A stretch of 63,855 bases of DNA, counting the filler, from Folioceros fuciformis (lineage: Eukaryota): NCBI GenBank assembly GCA_049999805.1. It is 10 parts of 10 records of this genome, joined end to end, with 100 filler letters (N's around TTAATTAATTAA, not from the genome) between each part and the next. Parts side by side here need not be neighbours in the genome. Positions count along the whole stretch, not along the records: positions 18,278 to 27,815 come from JBNGIO010005729.1; positions 27,916 to 44,508 come from JBNGIO010005730.1; 8 more parts are not named here. One strand, given 5' to 3'. The notes under the pieces are model-generated. The model had not been told where the DNA came from. It worked only from the letters and a program-made list of their open reading frames with translations, and did no database searches. The position numbers were made by a program, and so were the translations under genes. Positions 24,121 to 36,300 of this stretch are shown here, piece by piece (position 1 is the first letter of the stretch; each line of letters opens with the position of its first letter).

Positions 24121-24251
24121 TTGTTGAAATCTGTCTGATTTGCCTAACTGTGTGCCCTCTTGTGGCAAGTGAGCACAAAGGCTGGGCTGTGACGGCCGTC
24201 GGGAGAGTATATGGCGTCAACTCGGGTAGCTGACTGCGGGTAGCCTTCAAG

Positions 24252-27200
24252 TTTCCCCCTCTCTCCGGCCCGGCACTTTCAAGTGTCAACATAAGCAGAG
24301 TAGTCACAGAGGCCAAGCCCCCGCATGTGAAGGTGATGGGGGAGCTTAGGCAAACCCTTTGTGAATGTGTCTGCTGTGTTCGAATCTGTGCTAACATGGC
24401 TGACGTTGATGATGCCCCTGGATACCAGATCTCGTATGTAATGGTGGTGCACTTCGATATGCTTCGTTCGGGCGTGGAAGATTGGCTTAGATACTAGCTC
24501 CAGGGCCGAAGTGTTGTCACATAGGATAACTGTGGGATCTGATTGTGGGTGGCCAAGGCCCGTAAGGAAACTTCTTTCCCACTCTGCCTCTTTGGCTGCT
24601 TCCGTCAGCGATTTGTATTCTACTTCAGTGGAGCTGAGGGCAATCGTGGGTTGTTTCTTGCTGCCCCAGGTGACTGCTGCTGATGCAAGAAGAAAACAAT
24701 AAGACGAAATGCTGCGTCTGGAATCTGAATCCGACGCCCAATCGGCGTCAGAATAACCAGATAAGGTAAGCCGTTGGTCCCCACTTCTCTTGTACATCAG
24801 GCCATAGTTTATTGTACCCTGGAGATAACGGAAAATTCGCTTTACTGCTGTCCAATGGACTCTCCCGGGACATTCAAGGAATTGATGATACAGTGCTAAC
24901 TGAGTACTGTATGTCGGGCCGAGTCCAGTTGGCGACAAATAATAGGCTGCCCACTGTGTGCCTGTAAGGTACGCCTTCCATGTCCTTTAGTTCATCTGGA
25001 GTCTGTGGGCTCAGCTCTCCAATGTCCTTCATGTCGAACCTCTGGTGTAGCTTTCTCTTGACGTCCGCTAACAGTGCATGGTCGTTTGTAGCAAGGATCA
25101 AATCGTCAACGTAGAGGGCAAGCAAGACGACAGAAGTTCCTCTCGTGAGCATATATACATTGGTGTCGGCAGTGTTCTGAACGAAATCGATACTTATCAG
25201 GTAAACGTGCATTGTGAGGTACCATACCCTTCCACTTTGCTTCAGTCCGTAGATACATTTTAATAACCTGAGCACTTTATGCGGGTGTGCAGGGTCTTCA
25301 TAACCTTCGGGCTAAAACATATACAACTCCTCCTCAAGGACCCCGTACAAGAAAGCGGTGCATACGTCCATTTGCTCGAGGTCAAGGTCGAACTCTGTGG
25401 CATAAGCAAGGATGAGACGGATGGATTGGCTGCGGACAACAGGTGAGAATGTTTCTTGGTAGTCCAGCTCTTCCACTTGAGTGAACCCCCTCGCCACGAG
25501 TCGTGCTTTGAACCTGGCCACTTCCCCTTTGGCATTAAGTTTTAATTTGAAAGTCCATTTGCAGGATATGGCTTTCCTGCCTGGAGGGAGATCAGTGAGG
25601 GTCCAAGTTTTATTCTTCACTAAAGATTGGTATTCTTCCTCAACTGCCTGCTTCCAGTGCTCACGTTCAGGACCGTTGAAAGCCTGAGTTAACGTAGTAG
25701 GTTCCTCAGGTAGGGGTAAGGCTGGTCCAAGAGAAGGGACTGAATGGGTCCGGAAGTCGGTAGAAGCATAAGGCGGTTCCTTCCATTCAGATGGTGGGGG
25801 TCTGTGACGCGTGGAGCGGCGGGGAACGTCAGGCGCTGGATCAACCTGAGGTGGAGGCTATGAAGGGTTAGCCGAGGTAGGTGCATCATCAGCTGGCCCT
25901 ACATCCCCCTCTGCATCCAGAACAGGTTGATCGGGGACTGCATCCATACTGTCCGCAGCTATGGTGTCTGCATCTGCATCAATATTGTCAGGAGGATCTA
26001 AGTTGTGATGTCCTGCAGGCATAATAGGTGGTGCCATGAGTTCAGTCTCATCATCATCAAGGGGAAAGACTGCAGGTTGATCCGCCAGAGGGGGTGGGGT
26101 AGGACCCGCTGACGAATCATCCTCGGAGGCAGGAGTGTGAAGTTCAATAAAGGTGACACTCCGTGCAAGCACAATAGTGTTAGCTTCTGGATTGTAAAGC
26201 TTATAAGCCTTTGAGTGTTCGCTGTAGCCGACCAGAATGAGAGCCTCAGCGTGGCTGTCTAACTTGTGCCTTTTCTCTTTGGGTATATAAGCATATGCGC
26301 GGGATCCGAAGACCCGAAGGTCGAGGAGGCTAGGCTTCTTGTTCCAAAATACCTCGAACGGGGTTCTGTTCGGAACAGTACTAGTGAGCACACGATTGAG
26401 AATATACGTTGCTGTTACTATGGCCTCAGCCCAATAGCCCTGAGGTAAACCTGCCCACAGTAGCATACTTCTTGTCATAGATAGTAAGGTCTGATTTTTA
26501 CTTTCTGATACCCTGTTCTGTTGGGGCGTGTAGGGCACTATTGTCTGGTGTAAGATTCCATGGGACTGCAGCAGTTCTTCAAAGTTGGTGTTAACGAATT
26601 CGGTGCCATTATCTGTCCGGAGGGTCTTCAAGAGCTGCCCGGACTGTCGCTGAGCAGTGGTAAGCCAGTCTTTGAAGAACCCATAAGTGTCACTCTTGAA
26701 CTCCATTGGGAAAGTCCATGTAAGGCGGCTATAGTCATCAGTAATTGTGAAGAAATAGCGGGCACCTCCTAATGAAGGTTCGTGGACTTTACCTGAAATG
26801 TCGGCATGAACCAACTCAAGAACTCTTGTGGCCCTCTGTACAGGCGAATGGGGGAAGGGCAACTCTCGTTGCTTAGCCAGTATGCAAGATTCGCACACAG
26901 GTAATTGCTTGAAACATTTTGGTAGAGGCTCGCGATGGCACCCTAGAAGTGACATATCTATCAGCTTGGACCTGTTGATATGCCCCAAGCGGGCGTGCCA
27001 AAGCAAAGCCTGTTGTGCCTGACTTAAGTTAGAGGATGAGGTTAAGTGGGTAGTTTCATGCGATTCTGGTCCAGTACAAGTGATGTTCAATCTATACAAG
27101 TTACTTTCGGGCAGGCCCTCAAAAGCACATGTATGAGGGGATGACTGCCTATAAAAGCAGCAATGGTCAGAATCTGCATGCATGTAGAAGACACGTTGGC

Positions 27201-27815
27201 GCATGATCTGACTCATGGACATAAGGTTTTTAGCCATGCTTGGCACATAGATGACATCATCTAGAATTAACTCTGTGCCATCGTGTAGTGTGAAAACACA
27301 GGTACCCCTGCCCTGAATAGGCAAGCTTGATTTACTTTGTTCGTCCGCAAGAAATACCTGACCACCTGTTTGTGTCAGGTCTAGGGTTTTGAAGAGTTCC
27401 CTTTTCTTGCATATATGGGTGGTGGCCCCTGAATCAAGGTACCAGCGACTGTCGTCACTCCGAGTGCTGAACAGGCATACTGTAAGTATCTTCACGGGGG
27501 CCTTAGAGTCTGCTTTGTTCTGCTTCACTGCTACATTTGCTGTAGCCTTTGGTTGACGTTGGGGCTCACCTGCCTTCCGTTTACGGCATTCTCTTGCCCA
27601 GTGGCTAGGGAGGCCACACCAGTTGCAGCTGCCGAGTCGCTTGGCAGCATTAGAGGGTTCTCCCCTCTGTCCTTGGGTTGCCGCACCTCGAAACTTTGAC
27701 TTCCCTTTGCGAAAGTTGGTTACTAACGCTCTCTCCCCTCTGTTCTTGGCAGTGGAGGAGAAGGTGCAGCTCTGCTCCTCCTGGAACAGTGCACCGATCA
27801 CCTCCTCCAGGGTGA
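24252..27815 (-). mobile_element. Ty1/Copia pol (CCHC-PR-INT-RT-RNase H) with polypurine tract, decayed
   Basis: [85 protein letters not shown]; stop at 24279. PPT GGAGAGAGGGGGAAA at 24266-24252. Internal stops and an RT deletion. Confidence 0.95.
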
Positions 27816-27915
27816 NNNNNNNNNNNNNNNNNNNNNNNNNNNNNNNNNNNNNNNNNNNNTTAATTAATTAANNNNNNNNNNNNNNNNNNNNNNNNNNNNN
27901 NNNNNNNNNNNNNNN

Positions 27916-28062
27916 GGTATGGGCCTAGGGTTTCTAAGAGGTGCTCTTTAGGGGTATGGGCCTAGGGTTTCTAAGAGGTGCTCTTTAGGGGTATGGGCCA
28001 AGGGTTTCTAAGAGATGCTCTTTAGGGGTATGGGCCTAGGGTTTCTAAGAGGTGCTCTTTAG
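27916..28062. repeat. 37-bp tandem repeat x4 (GGTATGGGCCTAGGGTTTCTAAGAGGTGCTCTTTAGG)
   Basis: Copies start at 27916, 27953, ~27990 and ~28026, at the start of the contig. Confidence 0.92.
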
Positions 28063-28189
28063 GGAAGAGTTTGGACGATGAAAAGTGATGTAGGGCAAGA
28101 CCATGTTCATTACGGCTTTGGTTTTGTGTTTGTGTCCACGTGAGGAAGGTACCGAAAAATGGTATACCGATATGGTGGAGCAAGCAAGT

Positions 28190-28642
28190 AAGGTTTAGGG
28201 TTTAGCGACAAGGCAAAGCGGAATGAGTTTGGTGTTTAGTAAAATGGCATAACAGAATGAGATTAGGGTTTAGTGGCATGGCAAAGCAACAAGGTTTACA
28301 GTTTACAAGCATGGCAACAGTAGAATGGATTTAGGGCATGACGGGGGAGAATAGATGTAGGGTTTAGGGGCATTGAGGAGAAAAATAGGTTTAGGTTTTA
28401 GCGACATGATGGAGCAGAATAGGTTTAGGGTTTAGCCGCATGGCAAAGTGGAGTGGGTTTAGGGTGTAACGACATGGTGGAGAAAAATGGATTAGGGTTT
28501 TTATCAGCATTATGGAGCAAAAATGGGTTTAGGGTTTAGTGACATGGCAGAGCTGAACAAGTTTAGGGTTTAGTGACATGATGGAGAAAAGTGGGTTTAG
28601 GATTTTATAAACATTGTGGAACAAAATGGGTCTAGGGTTGAG
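28190..28642 (+). repeat. Degenerate ~34-bp tandem repeat containing plant telomere-like GGTTTAGGGTTTAG cores
   Basis: TTTAGGG-type cores recur about every 34 bp (e.g. 28422, 28457, 28527, 28561, 28595, 28629), each followed by GACATG..GGAG-like spacers. Confidence 0.8.
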
Positions 28643-28747
28643 CGGCTCAGAGTGTTATGGAGGGCAATATAAGGTTATGGGTTACAATGAGGAGTACAAT
28701 TGTTTGGTTTTGATCATTTTACAAGACTTTCTACACGCCTCTATCAC

Positions 28748-31700
28748 ATGGCGCGTGACACCCAGCCTTTACATGTCAAGAACACCCCTTGCCCAGTGTG
28801 TTCTTAACTTTGCTCCGGGGTCAAGGGGGTGAAATGCCATATTGGTCACAAGCATAAGGACTTCGATAGGACCACTTGGGTGGCACAAGTGCGACTTGCT
28901 TCTTCCTCCAAACCAGGTGCCAATCCTCTTCTAACAGATCCTCTACGGACATCCCTGAAGGCTTGGTTGTGGCTTCGAGGGCAATCTGATCACTTGTTGG
29001 CTCTTTTCCATGCTCGTTTTCCATGTCCTCGCCTCATTCGATGTCTCCCTAGGCGCCTACATGATGATATTCGGCTTGCTTATCGTCTTCCCTTGGATCG
29101 CCTTGCTCGAGACCCGAGGGATGAGGGTGCTTGGATTTTGTTTCTTTTCTTGCCTAGATGGTGCCTTCGGCGCTCTAGGGGTGGTCCGTCAGGTCATAGG
29201 GAGGTGGCTTCTCGACTTCGTCATTTTCGATCTGGAGATTGACAAGCTATTCAGGAGGAGGATTTACTAGCAACAAAATCTCGATTGGAGTCAGCTAAGG
29301 TTGACAAGGTGTGCCATGACCCATTTAAAGCGCGTCTCAAGCGGTGTCTCATGTTGGGCCTGCCAGGGATGGTGAATATGCTCGGGCTGCTAGAGCATTA
29401 CGCCCAGAGCCAGTTGCATCTGCAACTGAGGACACCATTGCTGCACTTCGTGCCCTTCATCCAAAACCTCATGACACTATACCAGAAGATCTTCTTGACC
29501 ACACGGTTGAGGAGCCTTTTTGCTTGGATAGGNNNNNNNNNNNNNNNNNNNNNNNNNNNNNNNNNNNNNNNNNNNNNNNNNNNNNNNNNNNNNNNNNNNN
29601 NNNNNNNNNNNNNNNNNNNNNNNNNNNNNNNNGAAAAGCCCACCTCAGGAGTGCGTCCTATTACTATGGGGGAGGTATTTTTGTGCCTTATTAGCCGAAG
29701 TATCGCAATTCAACTTCGGGAGTACTTCCAAGCGCATCTTGCACCCCACCAATTTGGGATTGCTACCCTAGGTGGGTGTGAATCTGCCGCTCTCTGCATC
29801 CAGGCTACCCTTGAGTTACATCCTCATTGGGTAGCTTTGCAGGTTGATATTGAGAATGCTTTCAACACCGTCTTTAGGGTCGCCATCTTCTCGGAGCTCA
29901 AGAGTGCAGGGGTCAATTGGCAAGTCTTATCCCTTTTGTTCGCTCCTTCTATGGCTTGCCATCCAAGCTCTACTACCAACACGGCTCGACTATTGAGGGG
30001 GTCTCAGTTTTTGATTCAGCAACGGGCACAAGGCAAGGGGATCTGCTTGGGGGTGCTCTTTTTGCAATGGCGCATTTTCGTGGGTTGTCCTCTACTGCCT
30101 TAGCATTTCGGGAATGCCTTTTCCCTTCCGTGGCTGATGACACTCATATTCTTGGGCAAGGAGTCACAGTCAAAGCAGCATTTGATTTCTTCTCATCAGA
30201 GCTCTCCAAGGTGGGGTTGCGGGTCAAGCTATTTAAATGCAAGGTTTGGTCCCCTTCAAGCAACACTCCCCCCCTTCAATATTTGGGGGGGGATATCACC
30301 CCCTCGTAGGGACTTCGAGTCTTGCGTGTGGCTGTGGGACCTCCTGATTTTGTTCATTGGTTTGTGGATGAAGCATTGGATGAAGATTTGGCTCATATCA
30401 TGGACCTCTCACAAATCGGTGATCCTCATATTGCGTTTGGTATCCTTTCTTCTTGTTTTGCACGGCGACCAGGTTACCTCACTAGAACTGTTGCACCTTC
30501 TCCATTTTTCTTATCAAGTCTCAGGAAGTTTGATATCAAGTTATGCAGGCTCTTGGGAACATCATACGTCTGGGCACCTTCGAGTGTGCTGTCGGTGATT
30601 TGGCTCGGAAGCAGGCTTCTTTGCCAATTGACTTTGGAGGGGTTGGTCTTTTGGCCATGGAGGCCTCTGCCCCAGCTGCCTTTCTCGGTAGCTAGGCCCT
30701 CTCAGCTCCGACTTTGGCCTCTCGTTTTTTGCTACAAGATTCCCCTGTTCTTGAAAGTTTTATTTCAGGTGTTGAGGAGGGCGTTTTCCCTTTACAGGTA
30801 TCTCTTAGGCAAGCGAGGGATTCTCTACCTTTGGAGGCTCGCGAGGCTCTACCTCCTTTCACCTCCTTTTTTAGGGAAGGGTTGCAGGGTCTCCAAGCCT
30901 CCCTCCTAGAAAAGCAATATGGCCAAGCACTAAGAGCTCTTCTTTCAGACTCATCCATCCCTAGGTCTTCTCGAGCTCATATTCGATCTTGTTTAGGTAA
31001 AGGAGTGGGCTCTTGGCTTTTAGCTCGACCTTGCATCCAGGCATTTCGAATCGTACCAACAACTTTCACCACCACCATGAGATTTCGCTTAGGTTTGGCC
31101 CACCCCTTGGCTTTTTCTCTCTCTACATGTAGTTGTGGGGTTGCCATTGTCGATACAGGGTCCCATTTGGCATGTTGTCCCGTTGGCATTGCCACTCATG
31201 ATGTAGTTCGAGACGTCATGTTCTCAATAGCTAGGGAGTATGGGTTTCTTCCGTATAGGGAGCATCCATATACTTTGCGCAATAGGGTTTCACTTAGAGC
31301 CGACCTTTTCTTCACTAGGGGAGAACAGGTTTGTGTTGCTGATGTGGTTGTTACGGATCCCATTAGGAATTCGATTTGTGAGCATGTCATCATCAACCCC
31401 CTTGGTTGGGTAGCAAAGGGTTGTGCAAGTGCCAAAGTTCGTAAGTATTCTCCCTTGCAAGACAAGCATACTTTCATCCCCCTTGCTCTTGAGACTCATG
31501 GAGCTATGCGCAAGGACTTTTAAAGGTTTATTAAGGAGTGCGCCAAGGTTTATCAGAGCAATAGGAATGATGTTCTCCCTCTTTCCTTTGTGGTGGCCTT
31601 CTTTCGACAACGTGTATCCATTGCTTTGCAACGAGCATTGGCCAATGCAGTTTTCAGAACAACGACAAGTGCAGGTCAAGCGGCTTCTTCGGCACCGGTG

Positions 31701-31870
31701 GTAGGTAGGCCTTTTGTTATTCCACATCATGACATTTTGGGAACAGTAGGTAGTTTTTGAAAATGATATTCGTAGGGGAGAGTACCTCTTTTTGCCTTTG
31801 GCTCTAATGGGGTTGTTCCTCCAATCTTTGCAGTAGATGGTACTTTCCATCTCTTTTTCAATCATAGAAA
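28748..31870 (+). mobile_element. Non-LTR retrotransposon, CRE-like (C2H2 finger, RT, C-terminal restriction-like endonuclease), decayed
   Basis: ATG 28748 with C2H2 finger CPVCS*LCSGVKGVKCHIGHKH. RT motifs GVRPITMGEVF, LAPHQFGIATLGGCE, QVDIENAFNTV, GTRQGDLLGGALF, SVADDTHILG. C-terminus RFRLGL..CSCG..GSHLACC..THDVVRD..RADL..ADVVVTDP..KVRKY..FIPLALETHG..FRQRVSIALQR. Coding ends ~31760. No APE domain seen. Confidence 0.88.
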
Positions 31871-33328
31871 ATACTAGACCTTCTTTCATACCAATCCTAC
31901 ATGGCTCAATCATATGGCCTTTACATCACTCCTCTACCCATTACTCTACACCGCTCTACGCCCATAGCTCCATGTCACTCCACAACCGTAGCTCCACATC
32001 AGTCTAAGCCCATGGCTCCACGCGGCCATATAAACCCTTGATTTTGAAAGAGAGGTTTTAAATTTAAATGTAAAACTAAGTCTATATTGCGCATGACGTG
32101 GCTTGACCAAAGAGTGGAACGTGTCCAGTTGTTTATGGTGGCACCAGTACTCTGCACACACACAAAAGGATGTGCGCGCCTATCTTCCACGGTCCGTTCC
32201 ATCTATTTTTACAGTAGTCCACGAAGAAAGTCGTCGTTATCGTCACCCACTCAAGACACTTATGCCACGCCGTTCGCCCTGCGTGGTCACTGTGTGTTTG
32301 TCTCTCGTATCTGTGAGGTCGGGACTCGCCCTCCTCTACAAGGTAGATGCATTCAGGTTCGCCCAATTTCTCCGTTAGGGTCCTTTCTCTTCCATGCAGC
32401 AAGTCGTGCTCCATGCCCGGCACACCCTGTCGATGCTCGTTCTTCCTTTGAATCGACCTGTATGGCCCCCCAGCTACATATTCCGGACACCTCTGATAGC
32501 TTTTCGCGACTACGTCTGACGCATCTGCACTCATCCGTCGTCGTCTGAAGCTGATAATGGAATGCTCGTGACATTTTATCGAAGTTCGCCTCAGCCCAGT
32601 TAGGTGAGTGGTCTGGTATCTTCTTCCCGGTGGAAGGACTAGTCTCGATCTGCACTGGCTCCTACATGGTCATGAGTTGATTGCGAATCTTCTGAAACTA
32701 AGATTTTAGCTTACTCACTCATCGCGTCTAGCGGATCAAACTAAATCTCAAAACTAATGGACAACTGCCCTTCGGGCACACTTGCACTTTCTCTCAGTGG
32801 ACACAAGCAGGGACATCGAGGTCACGGACACCACCTGTGGTGAGTGGTAGATAGAGCCTGTGTTCATGAAAGGAGGCCGACAATGCGTATGGTGGAATGC
32901 ACCAAGGATGCCGTGTCCACACCCGAATGGTTATCCTTCCCTCTCTTCCTATTGTTTTTCAAGCGGTAAAAGTTCATGCTTCTGTCAGTAGGCGTCGGCA
33001 ACTCTGCGATCCTTGTTGGGGACCTGACAGGCTGTTTGAGCTTGATCAGGCTTGTGTCTCTAGGAATCGTTTCTTTTTTTTACTGGCCGATTGCTCTTTT
33101 CAAATCTAGTGGCTATCAATCACATTACCTTACGTTGCTTAAGAGAGTATGCTGCAAAACAGAGCTTCCACACGGCATCCGCCAGTCAGGCGCGGATCTT
33201 ACCCGTTGAATGATCATGCCTGACTTTCGGTTGCTGTGTGGAAGCTCAGGTTTGTGGTCTTGTACGTTTCTGTGATTCGCAGTTCTCTATGGGTCAGTTC
33301 CTGGATACAGGTTGTGGCCATCCCTTGC

Positions 33329-36300
33329 ATGCGTCCGGTTGCTTCCGAAAAGGATCACGGACGCGGTGAGTTTCAATCTGGACCATGGGAGCAAACAGCC
33401 TTTTTTTCCTTACCACCATTGACATTGACAGTCTTCATCTTCCTGCATGTTTGTGGGGAAAATGTGCTGGATTGGCCAGCCTTGCACATCACATCTGTAT
33501 TGGGAATGTCAGGTCATGTTGTCGGACAGCATTAATGCTTCTAGTCTTCCTGCGAATTTAATCTGGGCCACCAGGGCTTCAAGATGTAAAATCCAGGCCA
33601 CAGGATATTTTACCTCAGAATTAGATAAGGTCGTCATTAGTTTCCTCCGAAGGATTTGAGTGCTTCCAGTTCCTGCATTCATGACACACAGACTTGCTAG
33701 ATGTCTCTTTCTTTCTGGCAAGCGTAGCTCATGCAAGTTTCTTTGATTTGTCCTACACTTCCAGGAGCAGCTTGTGCGAAAGGCCGGTGTTACTGGTGGA
33801 TTTTGCATCAGGGGCTGTTACTGGTTCCGCTCAGGATGGCCATCATGGTCGAGGTTTTGCAGAGAATCATCAAGAAGCTGGTGAACCTGAGGTTGCGCCA
33901 AGTTTTGAGAAAGGAGTGGTTGATTGTCTGGGCTCAGGCTGGATGGACGTTAAGAAGGTCATCTATAGTCTGCTGTGAAGCTTTTTTTTTTATTGCAAAA
34001 ACCAGTTTAAACAGCTTACGCTCTCGTATTGATATCGGTTCAAAAATGATTTGCTCGCTCTGGGACTTCTGTGCTCTATTTAGCTTCTTACCTACCTGGA
34101 AGGTCCCTCTAAGTTGCTGTATGTGTGGCAGGTGATCGAGTAGGAATTGTGTATGCTAATCGTGGGATGGTTTCTTTCTCTCTAACGGTTTCAGCTCTTG
34201 TTTTGATTGATTCTGCAGAAGTGTAAGTCATCCAGCAAGTTCTTGGGCAGTAGAGGTAACATGGCGAGCAGAGGCACCCTTGAATCAAACCGGAGTGCAC
34301 AAGCCAGAAGGCCTGAATCTGTCTCGGCTGAAGTATCAGAAGGGAGTCGTAAACTGACAGCTGTATCATCTCAACAGGCAAGTGGCGAGAGTCCACAGAA
34401 TCAAGTCCCTAGGAAACAGTGCAGTACTCCAGATGGCAACTTCCATCTGTCACGTACAACAGAAGCAGCTTGTGCATGTGGTACTATGGGCAAAGGTGTA
34501 CTTGATGCTGCTGGAGTTGACACATCACAGAGGGAGAGCAGACTGAGTTCCAGCCTACCTGGTAAGCAACGTGGGAATAACTTACCCCAGTTTAGATGGG
34601 GGGATCTTGATGAAGAGGATTTGAGAACCACCCATTTGGATGTGGAGAGCGGTGTTACACATACTGTGGCGAAAGAAGGATTTGGTTGTGAGGATAATCA
34701 CGTGGTGGCAACCACTCCAAATGCTAATTCTGAACTTGCAGGTAGGGTAGTACAGCTTGCAGAGCTCAGTGCCAGTGAGATTGTTCAAAGAAGTAGTTTT
34801 GTTGACCTACACCATACGCAGACCATTCCAGGGAAGGAGAGTATCAACAATTCTGACCAGCCTCAGGGTTTTGAGGAGGAAATTGTTACATCCTGGGACA
34901 AAAGGTCAAGTACCTGGGAAAGGAAGGCGTATATACATCCTGGCATTTTGGCGGAAGATGGTTCAGATACTGTTCCGCTACATTCCTCGGCTGTAGGGGT
35001 TGTTTATCTAGAGGATAAGGTTGGTGATTCTAATCAAAATCCAGTGAATGAGATGGATGGAACGCTACAAGGCAAGGACAATCAGCTCGTTGGAATTTAT
35101 GCGAGAATGGACTCACGAAAGCTTTTCAGCGTCGACGATTCTCTTTCCCAATTGAAGCTTAGAAGTCCTGCTTCTGGCTCTGAGCCTATGGTATCAAATC
35201 CCTCTAGATATTCTGGTGAGGTGCCACTAATGGATAACAAGGTTTCAAGCATTCCAGCAACTGATAGGCAGGACGAAATGGTTGAAAGGAAGGAAAGATT
35301 TCGACAGCGGCTCTGGTGTTTCCTGTTTGAAAATCTTAATAGGGTAATTGATGAGCTCTATCTGATGTGTGAGTTGGAATTCGACACTGAACAAATGGAT
35401 GAGGCACTTCTTGTACTAGCTGACGCAGAGATTGATTTCCGAGAACTGAAAGCAAGAGCAGAAACATTCGACAACGTCCGAAGTGGGGACCTTCCGAATC
35501 CAGGTGGTGCACACAATGCAAGATTATTACGGGGAGAGCACCAACGGCCGCATGCAATCGCATGGGAGGTGAGCTTTGCAGCGATTTCCTCACTTCCACA
35601 TCAAATCCTGGTGCCCCGGGGAGATGAGTAATGGTACATTTGCGAATTATGACCTTTTTGGGTAGTGTGAGCATGTGATATACTAGTGATGAGGTATTTC
35701 ATATCCCAGAATCTTGTTTGTAGTAATACCGTGTGTCTTGTCCCGGAATGTAGGTGCGTCGCATGGCATCGTCACCTCGCTGGGCAGACATACTCTCGTC
35801 TTCTCTCGATGCGTTTAAGAAAGTTCAGTCTGACAAATCTCATGAACGCTTTAAAATTCGGGGGAAAAGACGTGATGCTGTCAGATTCCTCACTTTCGAC
35901 GGAGATGCTCCCCTTCCTGAGCCGGGGGAGCCATTTGAAGTAGTTGAGACTGATAAACGAAAAGTGGTTGTTCAGCCAGAGAAAACTGCTACAGATCTGT
36001 GTAGAGGAAAGGAGGATGTTCCCTGCCAAGGTGGGGAAAGGCAGGCCGAAGTTTCGGTCCCTGATTTGCCTTCTGTGCGTGGTGGGCAACAGTGTGAGAC
36101 ATCTACTAGTTCCGTTAAGGGTGTGGACGCTGCAGAGCATCCACGAGTGGTTTCTGCAAGGTCCAATTGCGAGAGATATTATGATACCAACATGAACCCA
36201 CCAGCGTCAGCTGCTGGAACAGTCTGCAGCTCAGGCAGGGAGCGGGTAGTTGGTGGGAGCAAAAGTGCTATTCAAGCTTGGAAGGAGAAGAGAAATTGGG

